DNA of 36,054 nucleotides, from positions 1 to 36,054 of the forward strand of contig JBEBGD010000054.1 in NCBI GenBank assembly GCA_040081625.1. Reading direction: 5' to 3'. The position numbers and the translations under genes were made by a program. This DNA comes from Chthoniobacteraceae bacterium. GTDB taxonomy: Bacteria > Verrucomicrobiota > Verrucomicrobiia > Chthoniobacterales > Chthoniobacteraceae. Of the stretch, positions 18,304 to 28,023 are shown piece by piece. Below the pieces are notes generated by a model. That model did no database searches, had not been told where the DNA came from, and saw only the letters and a list, made by a program, of their open reading frames with translations. The first letter of the stretch is position 1; each line of letters opens with the position of its first letter.

Positions 18304-19195
18304 GGGCGAAGACCGGTTCGTATTGCCGAGCACGCAGTCCCCACGCGATGAAGCCCGCGCCGACGATGACCATCCACAACGAAAGGGTCTGCCCGGCGGA
18401 CAGACCGAGCCAACTCCACGCGGGATCGGGTTCGCGGAAGGTTTCGCCGACGATGCGGAGCGCGGCGTAGAGGATGAAGAATATGCCGGTGATGACGCCC
18501 CGCGGCAGGCGTGCGCGCGTGCGCAGCAGCCACAGCACGGTGAAGAGACACACGCCCTCGAGCAGCGCCTCGTAGAGCTGCGAGGGATGCCGCGGCGGCA
18601 GCGTATCGAGCAGCGCGGCGCGGGTCGCGGCGTCGTGGCGGATCGCGTCGAGCGACGGCATGCGGTCTTCGAGTTCCTGCGGAAAGGCGACGGCCCATGC
18701 GACCGACGGCGCGCTGCCCGGCTCGCCCGCTGGCTTCCCCCACAGCTCGCCGTTGATGAAGTTCGCGCAGCGCACGACGAACAATCCAACGCACGCGACG
18801 ACGCAGAGCGAATCGCCGATGCCCGTCCACGAGAGGCGGTGCTTGCGCGCGAACCACGCGGTGAAAAGGATCAGCCCAATGATGCCGCCGTGGCTGGACA
18901 TGCCGCCTTCCCAGACCTTGAGCATCCACCACGGCGAGTCGTGGTGCTGCCTGAGGCCGTAAAAGAAAATCCAGCCGACGCGCCCGCCGATCATCACGCC
19001 GAAGATCGCGGCGAGGGTGATGAAATCGCCGACCTTCGCCTCCGGCATGTCGGTGTAGCGACGGCGCGCGAGCCAGGTGTAGAGCCAATATGCGAGCGCG
19101 AACGAGACGATGTAGGCGATGCCATACCAGCGCGGACCCCACTCGCCGATCTTGAAGACGAAGGGGCTGAGGTCGTGCAAATAGGCGGCGAGCAT
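18290..19195 (-). CDS. lgt: Prolipoprotein diacylglyceryl transferase
   Basis: RWYGIAY; GGRVGWIFFY; VWEGGMSSHGG; RCANFINGELWG; RHPSQLYEA; RIVGETFREPD; GQTLS. Confidence 0.96.
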   Translation of the reverse strand: MLAAYLHDLSPFVFKIGEWGPRWYGIAYIVSFALAYWLYTWLARRRYTDMPEAKVGDFITLAAIFGVMIGGRVGWIFFYGLRQHHDSPWWMLKVWEGGMSSHGGIIGLILFTAWFARKHRLSWTGIGDSLCVVACVGLFVVRCANFINGELWGKPAGEPGSAPSVAWAVAFPQELEDRMPSLDAIRHDAATRAALLDTLPPRHPSQLYEALLEGVCLFTVLWLLRTRARLPRGVITGIFFILYAALRIVGETFREPDPAWSWLGLSAGQTLSLWMVIVGAGFIAWGLRARQYEPVFARDAR

Positions 19196-19202
19196 TGGGG
19201 AA

Positions 19203-19289
19203 GGTGATTGGTAATCGGTGATCAGTGAACGGTGATCGGTGCGCTGCACGGTCGTCGAGACCGATCACCGATCACTGATCACCGATCAC
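19203..19289. repeat. Inverted arrays of 7-bp tandem repeats (GGTGATC)n / (GATCACC)n
   Basis: 19203-19241 GGTGATT GGTAATC GGTGATC AGTGAAC GGTGATC GGTG; 19261-19289 CCGATCA CCGATCA CTGATCA CCGATCA C; 19-nt spacer. Confidence 0.85.
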
Positions 19290-20029
19290 TTCAATTTCGC
19301 GAGCGCAGCGCGCGCGCGGCCCTTCGTCTCCGGGTCATCGCGCTGGCGGTCCGGCAGGCTCAGGCCTTTTTGCAATGCGGCGCGCGCCTCGTCCTTCTGA
19401 CCCAACTCGGCGAGCGCGCGGCCGAGCTCGACGTGATTGCCGACGCGGCGCGGGTTCAACTCGATCGCCTTCTCGAAGCAGCGCACCGCCTCTTCGTTCG
19501 AGGCGCGCGGCACGCTGCCGTAGATCAGGCCGGCGATGGCGCGCAGCACGGCGTTCAGGTTCGCGAGTTCGAACTCCCATGCGCCGCGCACGTGCCACGC
19601 GAGATCGTCCTTCGGGTCGAGCGCGATCGAGCGGTCCACGTGCTCCTTCACGAGCCGCGAGTAGGCGATCTTCGTTTTGTTATCCAGAAAGGCCGCGAGC
19701 CGCCCGTAGCTGATCGCGAGCGCGAGCTGCGCCTTCGCGTTCTTCGGGTCGGCGGCGACGGCGCGCTTTGCGTAGTCGAGCGCCTTCTCGCCGAACGCCT
19801 TCTTCTCCGCCTTCGTCGCGACGTCGTTCTGCGACTCGCCGTATTGCTTTGCGATGCGATGCAGCAGCGCGGCGTCGGCGGGCTGGAGCTTTTCGGCTTC
19901 GAGGTAAACGGCGAGCGCTTCGCGTGTCTTGAGCTGCGCGTCGAGCGCGTCGCCCTTTTGGATCAGCGCGGCGGCGTCCTGCGCGAGTGCGAGCGCGGGC
20001 AGCGCAGCGAGAAGCGCCAGCGTCCTCAC
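19286..20029 (-). CDS. Exported TPR protein resembling the RMDN (regulator of microtubule dynamics/FAM82) family
   Basis: GTG start overlapping the upstream TGA; signal peptide ending ALA-QD; TPR-like helices; KEHVDRSIALDPKDDLAWHVRGAW..ELA...LRAIAGLIYGSVPRASNEEAVRCFEKAIELNP matches my recollection of the RMDN C-terminal pattern. Confidence 0.8.
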   Translation of the reverse strand: MRTLALLAALPALALAQDAAALIQKGDALDAQLKTREALAVYLEAEKLQPADAALLHRIAKQYGESQNDVATKAEKKAFGEKALDYAKRAVAADPKNAKAQLALAISYGRLAAFLDNKTKIAYSRLVKEHVDRSIALDPKDDLAWHVRGAWEFELANLNAVLRAIAGLIYGSVPRASNEEAVRCFEKAIELNPRRVGNHVELGRALAELGQKDEARAALQKGLSLPDRQRDDPETKGRARAALAKLK

Positions 20030-20832
20030 GCGGGCTTCAATTCCATCCCGTCCTCGCCGAAGAGATTGGTCTGCTCCGCTTTCTCCGTCTCGCGTGCGGC
20101 ATCCTGGCCGATGAACAGCTCGCCGCTGAAGATGCCGCCCTTCTCGACGACGATGGAGCGCGCGTAGAGCGTGCCCTCGAGCACGCCGCCCTTGAGAATC
20201 TTCACCTGGCCGTCGCAGTAGAGCCGCGCGGAGATGCGCCCGCTGATCTCGGCGTTCTGCGCCTTGAGCGGCCGCACACATTCGCAGTCGCACTTTTTCT
20301 CCACGATGAGCGTGCGTGTCTCGATGCTGCCGAAGATTTTTTCCCGCGTGCGCACGCGCACGTCGTGTGTGGCCATGAGCGCGCCGCGCAGCTTGCCTTC
20401 GATGTAGGCGGAGTTGCACGCGACCTTCGCGGCGGAGCACTCGCCCTTCGGAAGGATGTGAACCTCGCCCTGGGTCTGCACGCTGCGGCCAAACGGGCCG
20501 GCGATCTTGAAATCGCGCAGGTCGATGTAGCTGCCGCACTGCGGGCAGAGGCTCGACTGCGCGACGCTCGAGACGGTCTGCTTGTGCGCGCACGCAAAGC
20601 ACGCCACGTCGCGATGCGTCTCGCGCGTGACGAGCTTGGTCAGCTTTTCAAAAAAGCCGGGGCCCTTGAGGCTGACGACCTCCTTGGCCAGCAGCTTCTC
20701 GATCGAGTAGTGCTGGCCGCACTTGCGGCAGAACGTCGATTTTGCATACGCCGACTCGAGCTGCGTAAAACCGCAGTGCGGACAGTCGGCGCTGATTTTT
20801 TCAGCCTGCCGGGGCTTGTTCTCGTGGGCCAC
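20026..20832 (-). CDS. Bactofilin (polymer-forming cytoskeletal) protein with two N-terminal zinc ribbons
   Basis: CPHC/CRKC and CFAC/CPQC pairs; then beta-helix repeats (SAYIEGKLRG, AEISGRISARLYCDGQVKILKGGVLEGTLYARSIVVEKGGIFSGEL). Confidence 0.85.
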   Translation of the reverse strand: MAHENKPRQAEKISADCPHCGFTQLESAYAKSTFCRKCGQHYSIEKLLAKEVVSLKGPGFFEKLTKLVTRETHRDVACFACAHKQTVSSVAQSSLCPQCGSYIDLRDFKIAGPFGRSVQTQGEVHILPKGECSAAKVACNSAYIEGKLRGALMATHDVRVRTREKIFGSIETRTLIVEKKCDCECVRPLKAQNAEISGRISARLYCDGQVKILKGGVLEGTLYARSIVVEKGGIFSGELFIGQDAARETEKAEQTNLFGEDGMELKPA

Positions 20833-20856
20833 GTGGGGCCGCTCGGAATGGCCGGG

Positions 20857-21264
20857 TTAGCGGCCGCCCCCGAGGACGTTTTGTTTGGGCGCTTCGCCGG
20901 TGCGGGCGACTTCGGGCTGCTTCATCGCCACCTTGTTCGGCGTCACCTCGGACTTGCCGACGAAGGTCGCACCGTCCTCGATGACGAGGCGCGCGGCCTT
21001 GAGGTCGCCCATGAGGACGGCGTGGCTCTTGAGTTCGCAGCGCTCATCGACGGTGATGTTGCCGTGGACCTTGCCGAGCACGGTGCACGACTTGGTTTTG
21101 ATCTCGCCGCGGATCTCGGCGTTCTGACCGATGGTGAGCACGCCGCTCGAGGTGATCTCGCCCTCGACCTTGCCGTCGATGGTGAGTTCGTTGGTGAACT
21201 TGATGGAGCCCTTGATCTCCACATCGGCGGAGAGAAGGTTTTTGTTGGGATTGATGTCGGCCAT
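20857..21264 (-). CDS. Bactofilin (CcmA-family polymer-forming cytoskeletal protein)
   Basis: VEIKGSIKFTNELTIDGKVEGEI...VLGKVHGNI...GDLKAARLVIEDGATFVGK; ATG 21264 follows an A/C-rich leader; alternative in-frame ATG at 21369. Confidence 0.93.
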   Translation of the reverse strand: MADINPNKNLLSADVEIKGSIKFTNELTIDGKVEGEITSSGVLTIGQNAEIRGEIKTKSCTVLGKVHGNITVDERCELKSHAVLMGDLKAARLVIEDGATFVGKSEVTPNKVAMKQPEVARTGEAPKQNVLGGGR

Positions 21265-21463
21265 TGCTGTGTTTGTAGTGTTGGATTGCGTCGATGGAGA
21301 ATGCGGAGCCTCTTCCGGCCCCGGTGTCGAAATGGAACTAGCCTCTTCACCGTGGGGCTTCGAGGACATGATTTTGCTGAACACGAGGGGAGATGTAATG
21401 CCGGGCTTCACCGTGTCAACGCACACTCCACGGCAAGTTCTTGGCGTTCACAAAGCGGGCGTC

Positions 21464-21492
21464 TTGCCAAAGTTGCGCCGCGCGCCTACATG
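21464..21492 (+). promoter_or_regulatory. Candidate sigma70-type promoter for the response regulator
   Basis: TTGCCA (21464-21469), 17-nt spacer, TACATG (21487-21492), ending 21 nt before the ATG. Confidence 0.3.
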
Positions 21493-21513
21493 GCGCCTCC
21501 TTTCTCCGCCCGT

Positions 21514-22921
<1,408 letters not shown>

Positions 22922-22932
<11 letters not shown>

Positions 22933-24697
22933 GACCTGGGTCCAGAACTTCGTCCACCGCCTCGAGGAAGGCGGCTGGGCCACGTGGGTGCGCCGCATCC
23001 TGCTCGGCATGTTCGTGCTCTTCGTCATCACGTGGTGGATGTTTTTCAGCGAGAATGGATTCAAGGGGATGAGCCACGAATTCGCGATGGACCAGGCGCA
23101 GATCAGCCGCGAGATCGCCCGCGGAAACGGATTCAGCACCAAGCTCATCCGGCCCGCAGCGCTCTACCAGTTCCGGGAAAACACGGGTCGCTTCGATCTC
23201 GAGAACACGCCCGATACCTATCACGCGCCGCTCAACCCGCTGCTCAACGCGCCCTTCCTCAAGCTCGCCGAAAAATCCTGGCGCATGGGCGTCAAGGACG
23301 TCGTCGCCCCGACCGACTTCGTGCTCGTGTGCGTGCAGTTCGCGTGGATGATCCTCGGCTGGGTTCTCAGCTACCTCGCGATGAAGCGGCTCTTCGACAA
23401 ACGACTCGCCGTCTTCGGCGTCTGGATGCTCATCCTCTGCCAGACCTTCTGGGACTTCGCGCTCAGCGGCCTGCCGCAGAACCTCATGTTCGCCCTCTTC
23501 GCCGGCGCCATCTACTGCCTCGTGCGGGCGGTGGAAAACCGCGTCGCCACGAAAGCCACGTGGCGCTGGCTGCTCGGCTGCGCGCTCTGCTTCGGTCTGC
23601 TCGCGCTCACCCACGCGCTCACGCTCTGGCTCGCGGCGGGCGCGCTCGTCTTCGTCGCCATCTACTTCCCGCCGCGCTGGCTCAGCGCCGGCGTCTTCGC
23701 GGGCGTGCTGCTGCTCTGCTACACACCGTGGCTCGTCCGCAATGCGAAGGTCTGCGGCAACCCCGTCGGCCTCGGCTGGTATGCCGGCCTGAGCGAAGTC
23801 AAAGGCAGCGAGAACTCCATCATGCGCTCGATGGAGCCGCCCTTTCAGCGCGTCTCGCCGCGCATGTTCCTCGCAAAGGCCCGCGCCAAGATCCTTCACC
23901 AGGCCTCCCAACTCATCGACTACCTCGGCGGCGTCATGGTCGCGCCACTCTTCTTCATCGCGCTCCTGCACCTCTTCAAGCGCCGCGAGACCAGCGTCTT
24001 CCGATGGGCTCTCCTGTTGATGTGGATCTTCGGCGTGATCGGCATGTCCATCTTCGGCCTCACGGGGAAACCCATGGCGCAACCCTTCGCGCCGCCGGTC
24101 GAAGCCAACGACCTCCACATGCTCTTCATCCCGATGTTCGCGGCCTACGGGCTCGCCTTCGTGCTCGTGCTGTGGAGCCGCGTAGGCATCACCGTGCCGC
24201 TGGTGCGCTTCGGCTTCATCGCGCTCCTTTTCATCCTCTCCTCGCTGCGCTTCCTCGGCACGTGCGTGGACCTGGCCGGCGACACCAGGGGCCGCGTGCA
24301 ATGGCCGCCCTACGTCCCACCTTTCATCGGCATGCTCAGCGACTGGACGACCGAGCGCGAGCTGATCGCCTCCGACGTGCCGTGGGCCGTGGCGTGGTAT
24401 GGGGACCGCAAAAGCCTGTGGCTGCCGATCAGCGTGCAAAATTTCATCGAGCTCAACGACTACAACAAACTCAACGGCCACGTCGTCGGCCTCTACCTCA
24501 CGCCCTACAGCGGCAACCGCAACTTCGTCTCCGACATCATCAAGGGCGACTACAAGGAATGGGCCGTCTTCATCACCCGCCAGATCGTCGGACCCGCGCT
24601 GCGCGACTTCCCGCTGCGCGAAGTCACTCCGATGCCGCTCGACAACGAGTGCGTCTTCTACGCCGACCGCAACCGCTGGACGCCGAGGGAAGATTAA
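22922..24697 (+). CDS. Multi-pass membrane protein, probable GT-C (ArnT/PMT-like) glycosyltransferase
   Basis: N-terminal TM then AMDQAQISREIARGNGF and DTYHAPLNP loop; many TM helices; PWLVRN...GNP; C-terminal soluble domain IASDVPWAVAWYGDR. Confidence 0.75.
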
Positions 24698-24743
24698 TGT
24701 CCTCGACCGTCCGGCAGATCACCGGGATTTTCCGCGCGCACTA

Positions 24744-24828
24744 GCCGGCGTGGCGAAATGGCAGACGCAAGGGACTTAAAATCCCTTGGTGGGTATCCAC
24801 CGTGCGGGTTCGAGTCCCGCCGCCGGCA
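24744..24828 (+). tRNA. tRNA-Leu(UAA), CCA not encoded
   Basis: Acceptor GCCGGCG/CGCCGGC plus discriminator A; D-arm GCG-AAATGGCAGA-CGC; anticodon arm AGGGA-CTTAAAA-TCCCT; long variable arm; T-arm GCGGG-TTCGAGT-CCCGC. Confidence 0.96.
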
Positions 24829-24846
24829 CTTCAGTTCACGCGGGAG

Positions 24847-27800
24847 CTACTGACTCCCGGATCGTTCACCCAGGCAGATCAATTCGCCTGTCTGCGTGGT
24901 GAGGAACAGCCGCTTTCCGGCGATCGCCAGACCGTCCCAAGCCGGAGTCGGAATCTGTGTTTCGGTCACCGTCTGGCCGTCTTTTGTCGCGATGCTTTTC
25001 AGGCGTCCGTCTTGATGCGCGACGAATAAATGCCCGTCGCCGGAAAGCGCCATCGCGTGGAGCTTGTTGTAAAGCTGCGCGCCTTTGGCCCTCGGCTTCT
25101 CGCTCTCCTCACGGGGCGTGAACGAATCGGTCGTCCAACTGGCCTTCTCCGCAAGACGATACGAGCGATACGGTGTGCCGCCTTCGCGCGCCTTGCCCGC
25201 CGCTTCCCAGCCCGTGATCCATTTGCTGCTGAAGGTCTCGCCGTTTTCGAGGTCGAAGTCGCGCCGGAAGATTTCGGTGGTGCCGTCGAGCGACGTGAAA
25301 ACGGTCTTGTCGCGGAAGACGGCGAGCGGACGGCGGTTCGCCTCGCCGGCGAAGCGATACTGATGCCGGGCGCCATACGTCCACGAGCCGCGCGGGACGT
25401 AGGCGGCACCGCCGCCGGTGTCGATCCGCGCGAACGCGTTCCACTTGTCCACCTCAAGGCTTTTCCCGTCGAGTGAGATCGGCCACCGCGACATCGTGAT
25501 GTTCTCGCCCTCTTGATGGAGGATGTCGAAAGGGTCGAACTCGAGTCCTGAGTTTTCGTAATCACCCTTTTGCGGAATCGTGTCGATGCGATGAACCCAG
25601 TGCCGCTCGCCAGTCATCGGATCGACGGCGAAAACGAGAATCCCGCCATCCGCCAACGGTTGCCGCCCCGCGGCGAAGTAGGCCACGTCATCGATGATCA
25701 GCACCGCGCCCGGCACCGGCCACGGCGATTCGACCTGGCCATAGGCGACGATGCGTTCGTTGGTGGGCGCAGCCTGCAGTCTCCAGACCTGCGCGCCCGT
25801 ATCCGCGCGCAACGCATAGACCGATCCCGCCGCGGAACCGAACAGGCACAGCCCGCGATGAATCGCCGGCGGCGTGTCCACGCGGCCATTGGCCGTGAAC
25901 CGCCAGCGAACCTTGCCCGTGTCGGTCTCGACCGCGATGACCTCGTGCGCGTTCGGTCGCGCGACATAAACCAGGCCGTTCGCGATCGTCGGCGCGCTCA
26001 GCGGTCCCTTGATGATCGGATTCTCGCGCCAGTCATGCAGGATGGGGCCGCCCGGCTCCGGGCTGAACGCCGCCACTTCGGCGTTCGTCGCGAGTTGCAC
26101 CGACCAGAGTGCATCAAGCTTTTGCGGCCCCGCTGTCGTCGCGCTGCCGCTGCGCCAGCGATCGTGACGATAAAGCGGCCAGTCCGACGGCAGCGGGTTG
26201 GCCGCATTCGGGTCGGCCTTCGCGGGACCTTTTTCCAAGGCGAATGGAATCCGGTCCGGCGGCAGCATGGTGGTGACATCACCCGGATCGCGCGGCGCGA
26301 GCGACACGAAGCCGCGCAGCATCGGCCAGCAGGTGCAGTGTTTGGGCGTCGTATAGACCAATCCGTTCGCCGGCACCCATCCGTTTTCCTGCGAGCAGTT
26401 GGCCTTCGTGATGCGGTTGGCGATCGTGTAGCCGGTCTTGAGATCAGTGAGGTCGAGCGTCCCGCCGAACATGTAATTCGGCGTCGCCACCGGCGGAAAA
26501 CAATGCGCCAGGCCGGCAGAGTGGGTGACGATCGTCTTGCCTGTCGCGGGGTCGAGCGAGGAGACCTCCACGGGCAGTCGGGCGGTGTTCGCCTTGTCCG
26601 CCGTGTTAGCCTTTCCTCCGTGCAGAATCCAGACCTTGTCGTCGAGATACATCGCCCGCGCCTGCCGCTTGTGATTCATCCCCGGCGGAAACGCCTTGTC
26701 CCAGACTGGCTCCCCGGTTTGCGAGGAAACGATGCGCAATCCGTTGCCGGCATCGTTGTCGTTCAATGTCGAAATCTCATACGCGAGTTGATCCGCGTGC
26801 ATCACCGTGCGCGTGACGCTGGGCAGCCAGTCGAAATCCGTCCGCTTCCATTTGATGGCTCCCGTGGCGAGATCGATCGCGACCGCCTCCAGCGTCTCGC
26901 CGCGCCGCGCCCGGCCGTGGATCAGCGTCACCAGCCCGTTCCCGACCGCGACGTTTTTTGCCTCGTTGGCCTTGAAGCTCCACACCTCCGCGCCCGTCTC
27001 CGTATCGTAAGCGCGAAGCGCCGTTTCATCCGTCGCGATCACCCGGTTCCCGTGATGCACGACTTCCAGCGGTCGCGACGACCCCGCGAACTCGCGCACG
27101 ACTTCGCCCGTGCGCGCATCGAGCGCCGTCAGCTTGTCCTTCACGGTGGCGAAGACCTTTTCGACCGACGCAACGGGCCGCGCCTGCGTGATCCGCGGCA
27201 GCGTGAAGTGGCCCTCGTTGAGTTCGCCTTTGCGCAGATCACGATGCCAGAGCCGCAGGCCATTGAAGCTGTCCCGCGCCAGCAGGCCGCCATAAAAATT
27301 CCGCCCACCCGCCGACACCATTCCCTCGACTTCATCCGTCGCCGCCGCCACCCAGCGCACGCGCTCCGGCGGACCGACGAGCAAGTCCGAGGAGACCGCG
27401 TTGCCATCCGCCGCGTGCCTGGGATGCGACCACTCGTCCATTCCATTGGGCCACGGTTTGCGCGCGACGACCGCCGTCCGCCCGTCAGCCAGTTTCGCAT
27501 CGGCCACCGCTTCGAATCCCGCCGCCGTGAGTTGCTTTGCCGCGAGCAGTTTGGAATTCGCGGCGATCACGACGCCGCGCGGCGTGAGGACGCGGAGAAG
27601 TTCCGAAGCGGGCACGGCGAAATCCTCCACGAGGATCGCGTTCACCAGATTCTCCGCGAAAGGCAGGCGTTTCGCGTCGGCGATTCGGTCCACGGATGCG
27701 AGCCCGTAATTCCCCGTCGCGCTCAACTGGACCCGCGCGCGATTTACGCCGTCGTCCCCGCGTTCGAAGACATTGATGATGTATCGCCCGGTCCGGCTGA

Positions 27801-27969
27801 GGCCCGCCGCGAGGTCGGTCTTCGTGCCGCCGAGCTGCACCACCAGACCGCCGGGCACGTCCGGCAGCGCGGTCGGGTCGAGGTCGGCGGCGGATGCGGG
27901 AGCGGTTCCGAAGATCAGGGATGCCAGCAGGGAAGCCGTGGCGGCGCTTGGGAGGAGAATGGATTTCAT
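24847..27969 (-). CDS. Large secreted PQQ-like beta-propeller repeat protein with N-terminal methyltransferase-like domain
   Basis: Signal peptide; VVQLGG...LPFAENLVN..ELLRVLTPRGV (MTase-like); EWSHPRHAADGN; ARDSFNGLRLW; WPLYRHD..RSG; GRVDTPP; VESPWPVPG; repeated LDxxTGxxxW. Confidence 0.85.
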   Translation of the reverse strand: MKSILLPSAATASLLASLIFGTAPASAADLDPTALPDVPGGLVVQLGGTKTDLAAGLSRTGRYIINVFERGDDGVNRARVQLSATGNYGLASVDRIADAKRLPFAENLVNAILVEDFAVPASELLRVLTPRGVVIAANSKLLAAKQLTAAGFEAVADAKLADGRTAVVARKPWPNGMDEWSHPRHAADGNAVSSDLLVGPPERVRWVAAATDEVEGMVSAGGRNFYGGLLARDSFNGLRLWHRDLRKGELNEGHFTLPRITQARPVASVEKVFATVKDKLTALDARTGEVVREFAGSSRPLEVVHHGNRVIATDETALRAYDTETGAEVWSFKANEAKNVAVGNGLVTLIHGRARRGETLEAVAIDLATGAIKWKRTDFDWLPSVTRTVMHADQLAYEISTLNDNDAGNGLRIVSSQTGEPVWDKAFPPGMNHKRQARAMYLDDKVWILHGGKANTADKANTARLPVEVSSLDPATGKTIVTHSAGLAHCFPPVATPNYMFGGTLDLTDLKTGYTIANRITKANCSQENGWVPANGLVYTTPKHCTCWPMLRGFVSLAPRDPGDVTTMLPPDRIPFALEKGPAKADPNAANPLPSDWPLYRHDRWRSGSATTAGPQKLDALWSVQLATNAEVAAFSPEPGGPILHDWRENPIIKGPLSAPTIANGLVYVARPNAHEVIAVETDTGKVRWRFTANGRVDTPPAIHRGLCLFGSAAGSVYALRADTGAQVWRLQAAPTNERIVAYGQVESPWPVPGAVLIIDDVAYFAAGRQPLADGGILVFAVDPMTGERHWVHRIDTIPQKGDYENSGLEFDPFDILHQEGENITMSRWPISLDGKSLEVDKWNAFARIDTGGGAAYVPRGSWTYGARHQYRFAGEANRRPLAVFRDKTVFTSLDGTTEIFRRDFDLENGETFSSKWITGWEAAGKAREGGTPYRSYRLAEKASWTTDSFTPREESEKPRAKGAQLYNKLHAMALSGDGHLFVAHQDGRLKSIATKDGQTVTETQIPTPAWDGLAIAGKRLFLTTQTGELICLGERSGSQ

Positions 27970-28023
27970 GGAGTCGTGTCGGAGTTAGTAACTGCCCGGC
28001 TGCCCCTCTCGTAGGGAATTGCT

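Noticed and set aside
19203..19289. CRISPR array or iteron/origin interpretation of the repeats
   Set aside because: Units are 7 bp, contiguous and inverted, with no unique spacers and no cas or rep gene nearby
24744..24828. Group I intron in tRNA-Leu(UAA), or an active integrative element at this tRNA
   Set aside because: The anticodon loop is contiguous (CTTAAAA); no integrase and no direct repeat of the tRNA 3' end were seen in the window
25570..28014. 814-aa plus-strand ORF opposite the PQQ-propeller gene
   Set aside because: Antisense shadow with no recognisable domain; the minus-strand protein has a signal peptide and clear repeats
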